Below, piece by piece: positions 9,821-22,182 of a stretch of DNA of 64,000 nucleotides. Numbering within the stretch: position 1 is the first letter of the stretch; every line of letters begins with the position of its first letter. The stretch lies in contig NC_068986.1 of NCBI RefSeq assembly GCF_001194135.2, forward strand, positions 45,907,188 to 45,971,187, written 5' to 3'. The position numbers and the translations under genes were made by a program. The stretch comes from Octopus bimaculoides (lineage: Eukaryota). The notes below the pieces were generated by a model. The model was not told the origin of the DNA, ran no database searches, and saw nothing but the letters and a program-made list of their open reading frames with translations.

Positions 9821-11430
9821 CTAAGTAGAAAGAGTATTCTGCATAAGACCACGTTTTCCCTCTTCCTCCTTACCCAAGTTGTCATTTTCCTCCTCCCATT
9901 ACTGCTAATAAGTCTTTTAGGGAAAGTTACTCCATTATAGATGAGCATAATATTGAAGATAAAATTTCTCAATATCATGAAGCTAGGGCCAATGCAAGGA
10001 AATGCAGATCCCAATTAGAGAATTGTCATTGGAACCCTCTACACTACAACAGCCAAAGATTGATGTTTGACACTTCATGCAGTATGCTGATCCCAGTCAA
10101 AAAACATTGAGGGCTTGAGGTTTCATCATTAGTCACAATAATATACTAAAAATTCATGATAGTGTCCTCTACTCAAGTGTGTGTACAGGGCCCAGTTTGA
10201 ACAAATCTGTCTAATTGGCTTAAAACCAGCCCTGCATAAAACCATAGGTTAATGAGAAATAGGGAAGTGATGTGAAGTGTAGTGTGGGATGAGAAAGGGG
10301 TGCTCAATGACAGAACTGCATTGTTTAACATTGTTTGACAATGCATTTGCAACAAGAAACCATTGCAGTACTCTACAATACAGAAACTGCAACAAAATAG
10401 ATGGTAAAACAATAGTTGATGGTACAATAATTCTACATAGAATTTCTCAAAAAAAATAGTGTATTTATGGAGGTCTTCCTAATACCAAAATATAAGCCAA
10501 AGTATATACACAAATACATCATAAAAAAAATTAACTCTGAAAACTACTGGTCCTAATTGTTGAATATTTTTAAAATCTAGTACTGAAAAGAAAAAAGAAA
10601 CACATGGAAAGTACCAATATTCCTGTTCTTCTTTGTGATTCAAATCAAAGTATGTGAAAACATACTATTTCCTAATCATTGTAATTTGAAGTTGAGGCTG
10701 AGATAGCTTGAAATATTCATAGATATTGATTTAGAAACACTAATGTTTCAAACTGAACATAAAAGACTAGTAAAGAAAAATTCTTAATAAAACAGATGAA
10801 ATGCTAATATAGTTGTGTCTTTTGCACAAGTTTGAAAGAGCAATGCAGTTCCAATCTACACACATGCACATGTACACACACACACACACACACACACACA
10901 CTTATACATACACTCAAATGTAGATAAATAAATACATATAAAAAGTGCATCTAAAAAATATATGAATATATTTGCTTTTAGTGATACAAAATAGAAACAA
11001 ACTTAATAGTATTACAATAAGTTGTGGTTAAATTAGAAGTTTAGATAAAAAAAATTAAGGTTCCACTTTCTTCCCCTTATTTTTCATAATCTTTCTCTCC
11101 TTTTCACTATTCCCAATGTATCTATTTGGCACCAATAGAAAACATCACTCTCAGTTGTAATATTCTGCTTGAAGCATTAGACTTTTCTTCTTCTTCTTCA
11201 GAGTAGGTCAATTTATGCCATTTTCAAACTGTTTATGCCTGCAACAGAGTCTACCAGAGGAAGGACTAACTGTGAAGATGAGTATAAAGATTGTTAAGGA
11301 AAAATTAAAAACATGAATGCTGAGAAAGCTACGGGTTGCCAAAGAAATAGTTGTAATTCTGAAAGCACCAGGTTGTGTTATCGCACACTTGTCTAATCCA
11401 TGCAATTTAAAAAAAAAAAAGATGTATGAA

Positions 11431-11600
11431 TAGGTGCAAGCATGGGTGTGTGGTAAGAAGCTTGTTTCCCAACTTCCAACTACATGGTTCCAGGTTCAGT
11501 CCCACTGCATGACACCATGGGCGAGTGTCTTCTACTATAGTCTCGGGCTGACCAAAGCCTTGAGAGTGGATTTAGTACACGGAAACTGAAAGAAGCCAGT

Positions 11601-11644
<44 letters not shown>

Positions 11645-11870
11645 TGTGTATCTTCATGTCTGTGTTTGTCCCCATCACCGCTTGACAGCTGGTGTTTGTG
11701 TGTTTATGTCCAGTAACTTAGCAATTTGGCAAAAGAGAATGATAGAATAATTACAAGGCTTTAAAAAATAAGTCCTGGGGTCGATTTGCTTCACTAAAAC
11801 CCTTCAAGACATTGCTCCAGCAGGGTTGCAGCCAAATGACATAAGCAAGTAAAAGAATAAAATTATAAAA
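11431..11870 (+). mobile_element. Abundant SINE with internal (TG)n, near full length
   Basis: Head ggtgcaagcatgggtgtgtggtaagaagctt...caggttcagtcccactgc, body gaccaaagccttg...ggaaactgaaagaagcc, (TG)n and a tail ending aaaagaataa. Related partial copies at ~6860, 20930, 30100, 41080, 41690, 45367, 50050 and, on the - strand, 53551-53712. Confidence 0.8.
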
Positions 11871-12338
11871 GAATACCAGTATGAGAAAATGATGAGGAAG
11901 ATGATGATGTCTTTATTCAAGGCTTGTACCATTATGTCACCCAATTCAGAATACTCTGAATATGAGCAAATATTTTTACCAATACTCTAGTATGGACTTC
12001 TGTTATACAACTCATCTGTGAACATAGTTGGTATACGTGATTAATAACTGAAGCAGTTACATTTATACATTCCTATAGGAAGGTTGACACATGAACATCA
12101 AAGATATCAATAGTGTTGTTATTGATGATAATTGTGGTAAACTTGATAACGTTGAGAATGGTAATATACAAATTATATGACTAAATTAGATAAACAATGA
12201 TAAAATTATATCTAAATTCTCTTCGCTTTAATTTTCAGGAACTAATTTCATTTCCCAATGATTAGCTTTGTCGTGGTTATTTCCCCTCAAACTTAATGAT
12301 TTTGCAAAGAATGATTTAGAATTAAAATCTGTACTTAC

Positions 12339-12560
12339 AACTACAAATTCCTTTGTGTTCAATACTGATAGGCTGTTGTAGACGACAAGAGAATTGTTTG
12401 AGTTGACATTCAGAACCATAAGTTTGGTTATCAGAACCACAAACAAGGTCTGGGTAACCAGAACAGTTGATGTTACATACACATTGGTGTTGGTTATCGA
12501 TACGTTTGCATACTGCACCGTATTTACAGTGCAGATATTGGCAAGACTTTGGTGGTATTT
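12339..12560 (-). CDS. AGRN: Agrin exon: follistatin/Kazal module after the laminin-EGF repeats
   Basis: cag/gtaagt, phase 1-1, 222 nt; (E)IPPKSCQYLHCKYGAVCKRIDNQHQCVCNINCSGYPDLVCGSDNQTYGSECQLKQFSCRLQQPISIEHKGICS. Confidence 0.95.
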
Positions 12561-13606
12561 CTGTAACATGATATATAATATTTAAATGCACAAAACAGAC
12601 ACAGAATACTCTACCTAAAAGATGTTAATGAAATAATTCATCATTATAGTCTAAGTTTAGTGAGTTTAATAAAGGTAATATAGCTAGATTAGTGATTTCT
12701 CTTTGTGGTCAGTAAAAAAAGATTATGATTACTTTTCAGCTAACCCAGTTCACATAAGTTATGATAGGTGATCTCTGAAAACTGTCCTCAAAAATGTAAT
12801 TCTCTCACAAAATAGCAATATTGCAGTAATCTGATATTAAACAATAATTATGTTATTTTTCTTCAGTGTAATTGACATTGTAAGAACTGAAACAACTAAA
12901 TTAATTACTTTATATTACAAGGAAAAACACCTTGATTTGTTTTCATGATTTAAACTTAAAAGCAAGTGCAAATTTGAATTTGCTGATTTAAACCAGTAAA
13001 GCCTTATGAGATATGTTATCTCATATTTGAATAACAAATAAGAGTGGATAATAATACAATTATGAGTAGAAAAGAGTTGGTTGAACCTTGCTGCATTTTT
13101 GATAACCATGCATATTCTATATTACCAGGTTGGTTAAAATAATATTTGACACAAATAACAGTAAGAACAAATTTGCAAGTACTAATTTCCGTAATAACCA
13201 TTTTAGTAAAATGTCTGTCAAAATATTATTATCTAAAATCAAATGTAAAAGAAATCTCTTAACAACTGAAGAAAAGCTGGAAAAAAGATATACATAGGAG
13301 AAAATCACAATTCCTTCCCCATACAATTTCAAAATGCGAAAGGTTTCTAAAAAGAAAGACATAGCTCTATACATGATTCCCAATGAACTTCATGATAAAT
13401 AAGCAAAAAAAAAATATATATATATATATATATAAAAAACAATATGAGCATTCTATGCATCTGCTCCCTTATTCCTTAATTTTAAATTCAAACTTCTAAT
13501 CCTGCCAAATACTATGATGAAATGATTATCTCCCTTATATTAACTGTCTGTTAGGGGACAGCATGAGTAAGAAAATTATTTTCTCATTAAAGTTTATTTC
13601 ATTTAC

Positions 13607-13747
13607 CAGTGCATCCTTGTGGACCAAGTTGCATCCTGTTTGGACAGACGTTGCATTTCATGCCAGTGATTCCATTTTTGCACATACAACGTCCACTGTT
13701 CTGTTCACAGTCGTCTCTAACTGAGCCATATCTATTACAGTTGCATG
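13607..13747 (-). CDS. AGRN: Agrin exon: laminin-type EGF repeat 2
   Basis: ttttctttcag/gtaaat, phase 1-1, 141 nt; (P)CNCNRYGSVRDDCEQNSGRCMCKNGITGMKCNVCPNRMQLGPQGCT. Confidence 0.95.
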
Positions 13748-15155
13748 CTGAAAGAAAATAATATAAAAGTTGTGCAAAATATTTTAAATATTGATATGTA
13801 AATATAGAATATTAATATTATTACACAGTTTTAATTTACCAAAGAAACTGATCATTCTATAAAAAGATAAATAATAAAAATATTAGTAATTTAATTGAAT
13901 TTAATTCAAATAAATTTTAAGAATTGAAGCACAATGCATAATTTATGGTTGGCTTATATATATGTGAGGTATCACTGATCATGTAAATTTCTTGGAATTG
14001 ATAATGCTTCCATTCTGAGATCACAGAATATAAAGTAAAAACATTATTGACATCCAAGCTGAAGTTTCACTGCATCAATATATATGATCCTCATCATTTA
14101 ATGTCGATAGTCCATACTGGCATGTGTAATGCAGTTTGACAGTAACTAACAGGGCAGAGGACTATACTGAACTCTGATGTCTGTTTTGGCATGGCTTTTA
14201 TGACTGGATGCTCCTCCTAATCCCAACCACTATTCAGAGTGTACTGGGTGCTTTATATTGGCACTGACAAATGAAATAAGGTTTCTGTTGCCTCAATATT
14301 TGTTTTCCAAGATTAACTGGAATAGATTCAGAGCATTAGTAAAATCGCATCATTAATACTGGTCACTGAGAGTTTATTATTTCTTGCTTTATTCAGCAAC
14401 ATTGTTTATGTTTGCTATTGATTCTTACTGAGAGCTTTTTTTCTTTCAGTTTAGTCATGGGAAAAGATCTGTGCTCAAAACATCAAAACATTGGTAAGAG
14501 TGATGTGGTTAAGGATTCTCTTGAATAATTGTGAATTAACAACTGCAGGAAAGAGATGTCAGAGGTAGCAGCAGATACATTATGTATGACACAAGGAGAG
14601 ATGTGTGAGTTGGGAAAGTCTGGGGTTAGATGGCATGAGACCAGGCATTTCAAGAGTAGAAGCTACTTTCATTGCAGTAGAAAAACAGAGTGAGGAGACT
14701 ACACATCTGTAGGCCAGAAGCTGGAGTGTGTTGGTGAACAACTTTACACCATCAACAATGTTCAGTTGCTTCTGAAATCTGAGCAGCATTCTGTATTAGC
14801 TTTCTCTTATCAAAGGTGCTGTACATGCTGTATTGTTCAGAAACTTAGGAAGATGTGTTTCCCTTTATTTCTATTGTTTGTTTATAATTGAGTTCAATTC
14901 CTGATTTAGCAGTAGTTTTGGATATCATTATTGCTCTCAGATAATGTGGACCATTGGGAAGTTGTTCCCTAAGTAAATGCATTTTGATTACTAATCAGTT
15001 TAAGCCTAACTTAAAATAGTAAATTATATTGTGACCTGAATAATTATAGTGTTTTTCTTAATTCTATATTTGCCAAAGTTAACAGAAATTGTCATTAATT
15101 TATAACAAATAATCTGATTTATAAAATAAACAATAAGGAAGAAATAGTAACTTAC

Positions 15156-15317
15156 GTATACAACCTGCACTGCCTTTAACTATAGAGAGAAGTCCCCAGT
15201 TTCCAGGTTTACACCGGTCACATCTGAGACCCCCAACGCCTGGTTTACAAACGCACTGTCGTGTATGGGGATCACAGCTTGTGCCGTATGACCCTAGAGG
15301 GTTACATTGACATGAGC
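15156..15317 (-). CDS. AGRN: Agrin exon: laminin-type EGF repeat 1
   Basis: ttttgtcttag/gtaag, phase 1-1, 162 nt; (S)[53 protein letters not shown]. Confidence 0.96.
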
Positions 15318-15619
15318 CTAAGACAAAAAGAAAAACAATGATGATTAGTTATGAAGAAAAGATATTGCAATTTACCTGAAAGCTCTATTAGTTGAATGCT
15401 AATAATTTGCCTCATTAGCAAGAGATCCTTTATTAATTCTTTGAGAATCAATTATGACACAGTTAGTCTAAAGTGTTCTTTGGGTCAGGGAGGTAGGGGT
15501 GGGTGGCCTTAAAATTGAGGCTAAAATCTAAGTAGACAATTTAACCATAAATTCAAGGGAGTGTCATGAGGTAAAATGTATTTGGGTTCATATGATTTTT
15601 AGAACTTCATTTTCTAGAG

Positions 15620-17330
15620 CAAGGGTCAGCAAACTTATGATATCATTGACCCCTTCATAGAATCACTAATAACTTATTGACCCCCATCTTATAAATTTCC
15701 AAAATAAAATTAGAAATTAATGAAATTTCTTGATTTAAAAACAATAATTCTGTTATTCTTTTGTGCCTTTACCATTTTTTATGTAAGAAACATTTATAGA
15801 AATCTTATGAAAATACTGAATAAGACTGATAAAGAACATCAAAAATTCAGTCATACTATATTAATAGTCAGAAAGTTTTTAGCAAAATATGTGTTGGGTG
15901 AACACTAGATATTGCATCAATATTTGGTGTGAAATACTTGAGCCTTAAATGACTGCACTTTTCCAGATTCATTCTGTTTCTCCCTTTCATTGAAAGTGAA
16001 TATGCATGGCAAAAACCCACTTCAATTACGAATGAGCTTGAAAATGTAAATTTAAAGGGATCAGCTACTGCACTTAGCTTAGGATATCTATTTTCAGTAT
16101 TCTTGTTGCACTAATAATCATTTAGACTTTTGTCTTTAAATAAGGATTTAGATTCAAAATCCATACACATATCAATGAGCTCATCTTGTAACTGATTTAA
16201 TGCCTGCATTTTTATTTCCAAATCAAACAATTTTTCTTGGTGATTTATGTATATTTCTAGGTTACTATTTGAAATTTTCCTTTTGTAAGCATTTCTGTAC
16301 TTTTTAAACTTTGAATATAAAATCTGCCAAGTAGGAAAAAACGATCTCTACACATTTTAAATTCATCATATAGAGAATAACTACATCCATAAGAAACTCA
16401 ATAATGGTGTAATGCAAGCTGAGAGGTCCCTGCAAGAAATCACCTCTTAACAATCATCTTTCTTTGATGTGAAAAAGAAAAAGCTGGTTGAAGGTCTCAA
16501 CATTTTTTCACCTAACATTGCAAATAATTGTGATTCCAGAGGATGCGCTTTTATTTTATTCCCTGACCTGATACACATATTTAGAGCAGTTTGTATTTCT
16601 CCTCTTACATTCTTAGCTATGCGATGATTTCTGAAATACACAGTGGATAGTATGCACATCAGAAACCTCTTTTTTGAGGAAGAATGCAAATCGTTTGTCA
16701 TGACTAACCATTACTGCTGCACTATCTGTAACCAGTGTACTGATATTCTCAAGAGGAACATAACTTATTCAAATAATCCTCTAGGCATCACAAAACTGTC
16801 TTTCCTGTTGCACCAGCTTTAAGATAATAAGCAATCAAAAATTCATCAACAATGTACTTTAAGATTTGGCTGTTATACTGCATATAGGCCACAAGAATAT
16901 TTGAATTACTGAATGTTGACTCATCAAGTCTGCTAGAAAACTTGCATTGTCCAAACTTTGGGGTCAGAGCTTCATCAATGTGTTGACTCACTGTTCTTGG
17001 ACATTTTGAAATAAGCAGATAGCCTTTCTTAATAAGAATTTCAAATATGTCTCTAATAGCTGGTATAATAGTATCCTTGTTAATGGCTTGCAATTTTCCT
17101 TTCTTTGCTATATTAAGAAAGATGGTACATGATGCCTTCAAATCTCTTTCATAACCTTCACAGATGAGTGTTTTAAAATATGTTAAATTTGACCATTTCA
17201 TAATCTTTTCCTTCAGTGCCTGAAAAAATCAGATATTTATTTTTAAAAAAATCTGATTGAACTCTTTCAAGATGCTCTTTCATTCTGTAGGCATCATGGT
17301 ATCATAATTGTAGGTCTTTTTTTTTTTACA
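15620..17330 (-). mobile_element. Fossil hAT transposon, Buster/Charlie (ZBED5/SCAND3-like) group
   Basis: Minus-strand fragments MKEHLERV (BED-finger end), ASCTIFLNIAKKGK...TIIPAI...FSSRLDEST...AYMQY, NKIKAHPLESQLFAMLGEKM and a C-terminal dimerisation-like FSSSFVIEVGF. Terminal CAAGGGTCAGCAAAC at 15620 is preceded by the NNNTANNN-type site TTCTAGAG. Confidence 0.85.
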
Positions 17331-19451
17331 TAACAGTATTATTTTATTGGTAAATGATAGTATAAATCCAAATTTTAAATACTCTTATAAATACTGTTGG
17401 TACATATTATTATCTGAAGTTGCAATTATGGGAGCTAAATGTTAAAAAAATTCATTTCAAAATTGTCAGACAAATGAAACTGCTCTACTGTAAATGGGCA
17501 AGAAATGTACATTCGTATTGAGCATCTCTATTACATCTTCATGAAAGTGTGCACTCACTCTCTAATCAATATGTTGATGTTTCATGTTTACTAGAGGTAT
17601 TCCAACAATGTAACATCTGCTAAAGCAATTTGAATTTCCATCTTTTGTGGACCTTTCTAAATCAAATGTTATACATGTTAAAAAAACAGTTTGCTACTAA
17701 TTCAGTCCCCTTAATGCTCAAAATCATTTCACCTGTTTACTGACCTTCAGATAGTTACATAAACCCCAACTAGGGTTCAATATTGACCACACCCTTGATC
17801 TGGAACAACCTATTTGCAGATAAGTGGGCTGCATTACTGAGGGATAAAGAACTTTGCTAATGAGGCAGCATAATACTGATCAAATATGACTCGTGGGTAT
17901 TTTTGTCTAGGAGGCCAACAATAACTGATTTACTTTCAGCTCTCACTAGTGTTAAAAGTATCCAATAAATAGAAAGGGATGAGTAATGGAAAAGTATGAT
18001 ATTATTATTGAAGAGCCTAGTGAACAGTGCATTATTTGTTGAATAGTGCTCTTGTAAATTTGAAGAAAGCAGCTCCATTGTCAAGTAGGATTTAGCATAA
18101 GAGCCTCAACATAGTTGCTGAACTCCATGAAACAGAAGTTCATTTTTCCTCTGATGAAAGCATACAGATAGTAGTAGCAGTGATAGTAGTGTAAGAGTTG
18201 ATAAAAACTGTTTTAATTTCATGACATAAATATATCTGTTGCAAAGAATTTATTGACAAGTGTATGAGAAAATAAATTTATGATAAAAATATTTCTGTCA
18301 CCCATGAAGAAATTTCATTGCTTTAAAACTGGTGCCATAGGAATGCAATCTTCAATTACATCGTACTCTCATCATTTTACCTTGAAGTTGGTAAAGTTTC
18401 TCTTGAAAAGAAATGAGGAAACCCAGCTCCCAGCTGCAAGTTAGACAGTAAGAGAGTTTGCAGATTATGTGAGGTATAATGCACCCTTTCATGTTTGGAT
18501 AGTTATTATGAATGAGTTATGACATAGTAAGATTACAGCCCAGTTAATGGTAATAGTTGATGTCCTTTAAGTATTGTGGAGCTTTGTGAAATATACTTGT
18601 CTTTGTTTTTGTTGCTCATTTATAAAGGCTACTCAGTACAGAGCAATTCTAAAATGACCAAGTTAGAGAATGAACAGAGGAAACCATCCTCAGATTGGAG
18701 ACTCGTCTCAAATGCTTGCAACAGAGTGGACTTCACTAAAGGGTCAGATTATGATATCAAACAAGCCTGTAATAATATTACTAGCCAAGGACTGGGAATA
18801 CTAAAGAGTTGTGCAGTAAAATGATGTGAGGTGAACTGCCTTGAATAGCAACTGGAATAATTTTAAAAGGCATGGACTATAATATGATGCTAATGTAAAG
18901 GCTAAATTTGAAGTTAATAAAAAGATTATCAGTGATTGTAGAGTCACTTGGTTGGTTAAGGATTTGGGTTAATGATAAAACTTACTGAATTTTATATTTC
19001 AAGATAGTAAATTGACCAAACACTGTGCAGGAAGACAGAGTCAAATTAATTGAGTGAAGTAGAGTTTTTGTCATAAACTTTAAAGAGAAGTGAGGTGAGA
19101 TAAATGTCCTTGTAAGAGGACTTTGGTGATAGAAAGAAGTTGCAGATAAATTTGTGAAATGAGGGGAAGAGATTCGTAGCTAAAATAACTGAATGACAGC
19201 TGAAAGTAATAGAATAAAATTAAATGATTTTCACCAGAATTCTACAGAATTATAAGGAAAGTTTTATAAATGAATCTGATCAAAACATTGTATTTATGTT
19301 TTAAAAGGGAATTACAAACAGGTTAGTAAATACCTAACTGCAATTAAGCAATTATTCTGAGTATATAAATATATTTATTAGAGAATGTGTTTCAATATAC
19401 CAATGGGTTAAAGAGAATGAGCAAGTGTATAATTATATAAAAAGTGTGCTC

Positions 19452-19452
<1 letters not shown>

Positions 19453-19489
<37 letters not shown>

Positions 19490-19496
19490 GGGAGAG

Positions 19497-19529
<33 letters not shown>

Positions 19530-19571
19530 GAGACAAAGAGAGAGAGAGAGACAGAGAGACAGAGAGAGAGA
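19453..19571. repeat. (AG)n/(AGAC)n compound microsatellite
   Basis: Directly visible. Confidence 0.95.
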
Positions 19572-19658
19572 GATGTGAAGCTATGAGTAAACAAAAGCAT
19601 AAATAGAGAAACAAAAGAAATATAGCAACATAGCAGTGATTCATGGAGAATGACTTAC

Positions 19659-19751
19659 TTGGGCAGCCTGCAAAATTAGGTGCCTTTGCAAGAGTTACAT
19701 TGTCTTCACAGCAACCAAAAGTATGATATTTACAGCCAGTAAACACAATTT
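19659..19751 (-). CDS. AGRN: Agrin exon: conserved GCC linker before laminin-EGF
   Basis: ctctctctcag/gtaagt, phase 1-1, 93 nt; (E)IVFTGCKYHTFGCCEDNVTLAKAPNFAGCP. Confidence 0.93.
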
Positions 19752-21299
19752 CTGAGAGAGAGTGAAACAACATAATACACATAACATGCAACATGCATTG
19801 TACATTCAATATTACTTTGTTGAAACTCGTATTTCTATGAAAGATTTTGAAGTATTTTGTAAATCTTGCATTAGTTATGAAAACCTAAATAAAATTTACG
19901 ATATATATCAGCCTCTTCATAAAATAATTGTTTCTAATTTAGGCAAAAGGCTGACAATTTTGTTGGGCGGAGATTAGTTGATACCACTGACTTCATTGCT
20001 GCTAGACTGGAAATTATTTTATTGACTCTGAAAAGATTGAAGGCAAAAGTGACCTTGGCAGGATTTGAACTCAAATATCACAAAGCATTTTATCTACTGC
20101 TCAAACAATTCCACCAATCCATCATCCCCTAATTCTGCTGTATTATAGTAATATAAACTTTATATTTTATGGATCTACCACTCTCTCTCTCTTTATGTAT
20201 ATATATATTCAGAAGCTGATGATTTACACCATTGCCACTGAAAGATTTATTGAAAATAATTATTTATATTCTGTTACTATTTCAGTTTTCATTCACTGAG
20301 GGCTTAGACCATATCAGGGCACTACCATCCAAAGACTGGAAGTTATAAATTAAATAACTTATCTCACAAATTGAGTTATATATAATTTTCCAGTCAGATC
20401 TGGTATATAACTGACTAAAAGTTTCTAGTAAATCATAATCGTCAATATTCTGATATGAAGCATGCTTTTGAAACTGTAAGCTGATAACATGATATCAATT
20501 TATCAGATGATACACAGCTCTAAATATCAAGTGACACATACTGAAATAGCAGAAGAAGCCATAAAATAGTATTTAAAAACTGATAAACTTCAGCTTTTTT
20601 GACAGATATACAACTTCAATTATTAAAATAGGTCACAAATAGAAAACATTTTTAACTATAATTTTTGGATAATAAAATGATAATTTTTCAGACTGTTAAT
20701 TGATTTTATCTTTACAGATGATCATTTTCAATATTATGCACTAAGCCTTATGTGACAGTAGCTTAGTGGGTAAGAACATTATTGTCATAATTTAGAAATA
20801 ATAGTTCCTAGTTCAAATCTTGTCCAATACTATGTACTATGTACACATCAATAAAGAGAGAGGTGATAATGATTGGAAGTCAAACTGATCATTGTGTATT
20901 AACAACTAATTTTAGAGATATGGACATAGATGCAGACAAGGCTGTATGGTTAAGAAATGCATTTCACAATCCAGTGGTTCTGACTTAGAACTCACTATGT
21001 GCTTCAGCAAATGTTTTCTAGGCTATGCTAAAGTTGACCAACAGTGTGAGTAAAATTTGATAAATGGAAACTGCGTAGAAGCCCATTACACACACATATG
21101 GATGAATGTGTGTGTGTGTATGCATGTGTCTGAGTGTAACTGCAAATATATATCATTATCATCATCATCATCATTTAGCATCTGCTTTCTATGCTGGCAT
21201 GAGTAAGATGGTTTGACTGGAACTGGTAAGCTGGAGAGCTGCACCAATTTCCAGTTTGATTTGGCATGGTTTCTACAGCTGGATGCCCTTCCTAATGCC

Positions 21300-21330
<31 letters not shown>

Positions 21331-21375
21331 ATGTATGTATGTATGCGTGTGGACATGCGCATATGTATGTATATA

Positions 21376-21491
21376 TAAAATTAGCATTAAGCATCAGGGC
21401 GTTCATATGCCATACCTGTTAGAAATAAGAGTTAAAACCCCAGATTAATGGGCATGGCATATGAACGCCCTGATGCTTAATGCTAATTTTA
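21376..21491. repeat. Perfect 38-bp inverted repeat with 40-nt spacer
   Basis: taaaattagcattaagcatcagggcgttcatatgccat (21376-21413) is the exact reverse complement of 21454-21491. Confidence 0.95.
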
Positions 21492-21638
21492 AAATTTTAT
21501 AGCTATTTAACACTATTCAATACCTCTATATTATCATTGCAGATTTTATTGATGACTGATATATACCATAGCTAATATTAGCAATAATAATATCGTTATG
21601 AATATTTTATTCATTATGGATATATATATTTAGGTTGG

Positions 21639-22029
21639 GTGGAGGCACAATGGCCCAGTGGTTAGGGCAGTGGACTCGTGGTCATAGAATCGCGGTTTTG
21701 ATTCCCAGACCGGGCGTTGTGAGTGTTTATTGAGCAAAAACACCTAAAGCTCCACGAGGCTCCGGCAGGGGGTGGTGGCGAACCCTGCTGTACTCTTTCC
21801 CCACAACTTTCGCTCACTCTTACTTCCTGTTTCTGTTGTGCCTGTAATTCAAAAGGGTCAGCCTTGTCACACTGTATCACGCTGAATATCCTCGAGAGCT
21901 ACGTTTAGGGTGCATGTGTCTGTGGAGTGCTCAGCCACTTGCACATTAATTTCATGAGCGGGTTGTTCCGTTGATCAGATCAACTGGAACCCTCAATGTC
22001 ATAAGCGATGGAATGCCAACAACAACAAC
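21639..22029 (+). mobile_element. Full-length tRNA-derived SINE with 11-bp TSD
   Basis: A box TGGCCCAGTGG, degenerate B box GTTTTGATTCC and a (CAA)n tail. TSD atttaggttgg at 21628-21638 and 22030-22040. Confidence 0.9.
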
Positions 22030-22032
22030 ATT

Positions 22033-22182
22033 TAGGTTGGACCAAAATATCTCAAGATATTTTTGCTGACAGTATCAATTTTATTACCCTCAGTATGTAT
22101 ATTTATATATATATATATATATTGAGTGTAATGAAATTGATATTGTCAGCAAAAATATTTTGAGGTATTTAGGTCCAACCAA
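22033..22182. mobile_element. Mariner-like foldback MITE with (TA)n centre
   Basis: ~60-bp imperfect inverted arms (ggttggaccaaaatatctcaagatatttttgctgacagtatcaat / attgatattgtcagcaaaaatattttgaggtatttaggtccaacc). The end TA|TTAGGTTGGACCAAAA resembles mariner terminal inverted repeats (TIRs). Confidence 0.75.

Noticed and set aside
9821-9838. Longer version of the S/T exon using the cag at 9839-9841
   Set aside because: Joining to the upstream exon's terminal T creates TAA; the downstream tag has the better pyrimidine tract.
9847-10110. 88-codon stop-free + strand frame without ATG (DHVFPLPPYPSC...)
   Set aside because: No start codon, splice signals or recognisable motif; probably decayed repeat or chance.
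11251-11275. Possible 15-nt micro-exon (cag|TTAGTCCTTCCTCTG|gtagac)
   Set aside because: The donor is poor and such matches are expected by chance; there is no independent support.
12228-12585. Alternative-frame and antisense ORFs overlapping the Kazal exon
   Set aside because: They are shadows of the real exon 12339-12560; only that frame gives a domain and fits the splice phases.
17735-17750. Candidate second hAT TIR (gtttactgaccttcag)
   Set aside because: Only 11/15 match to the first TIR and no matching 8-bp TSD.
21641-21715. tRNA gene (also at 26911)
   Set aside because: The A/B boxes belong to SINE heads that continue into a ~390-bp body with a (CAA)n tail and TSDs.
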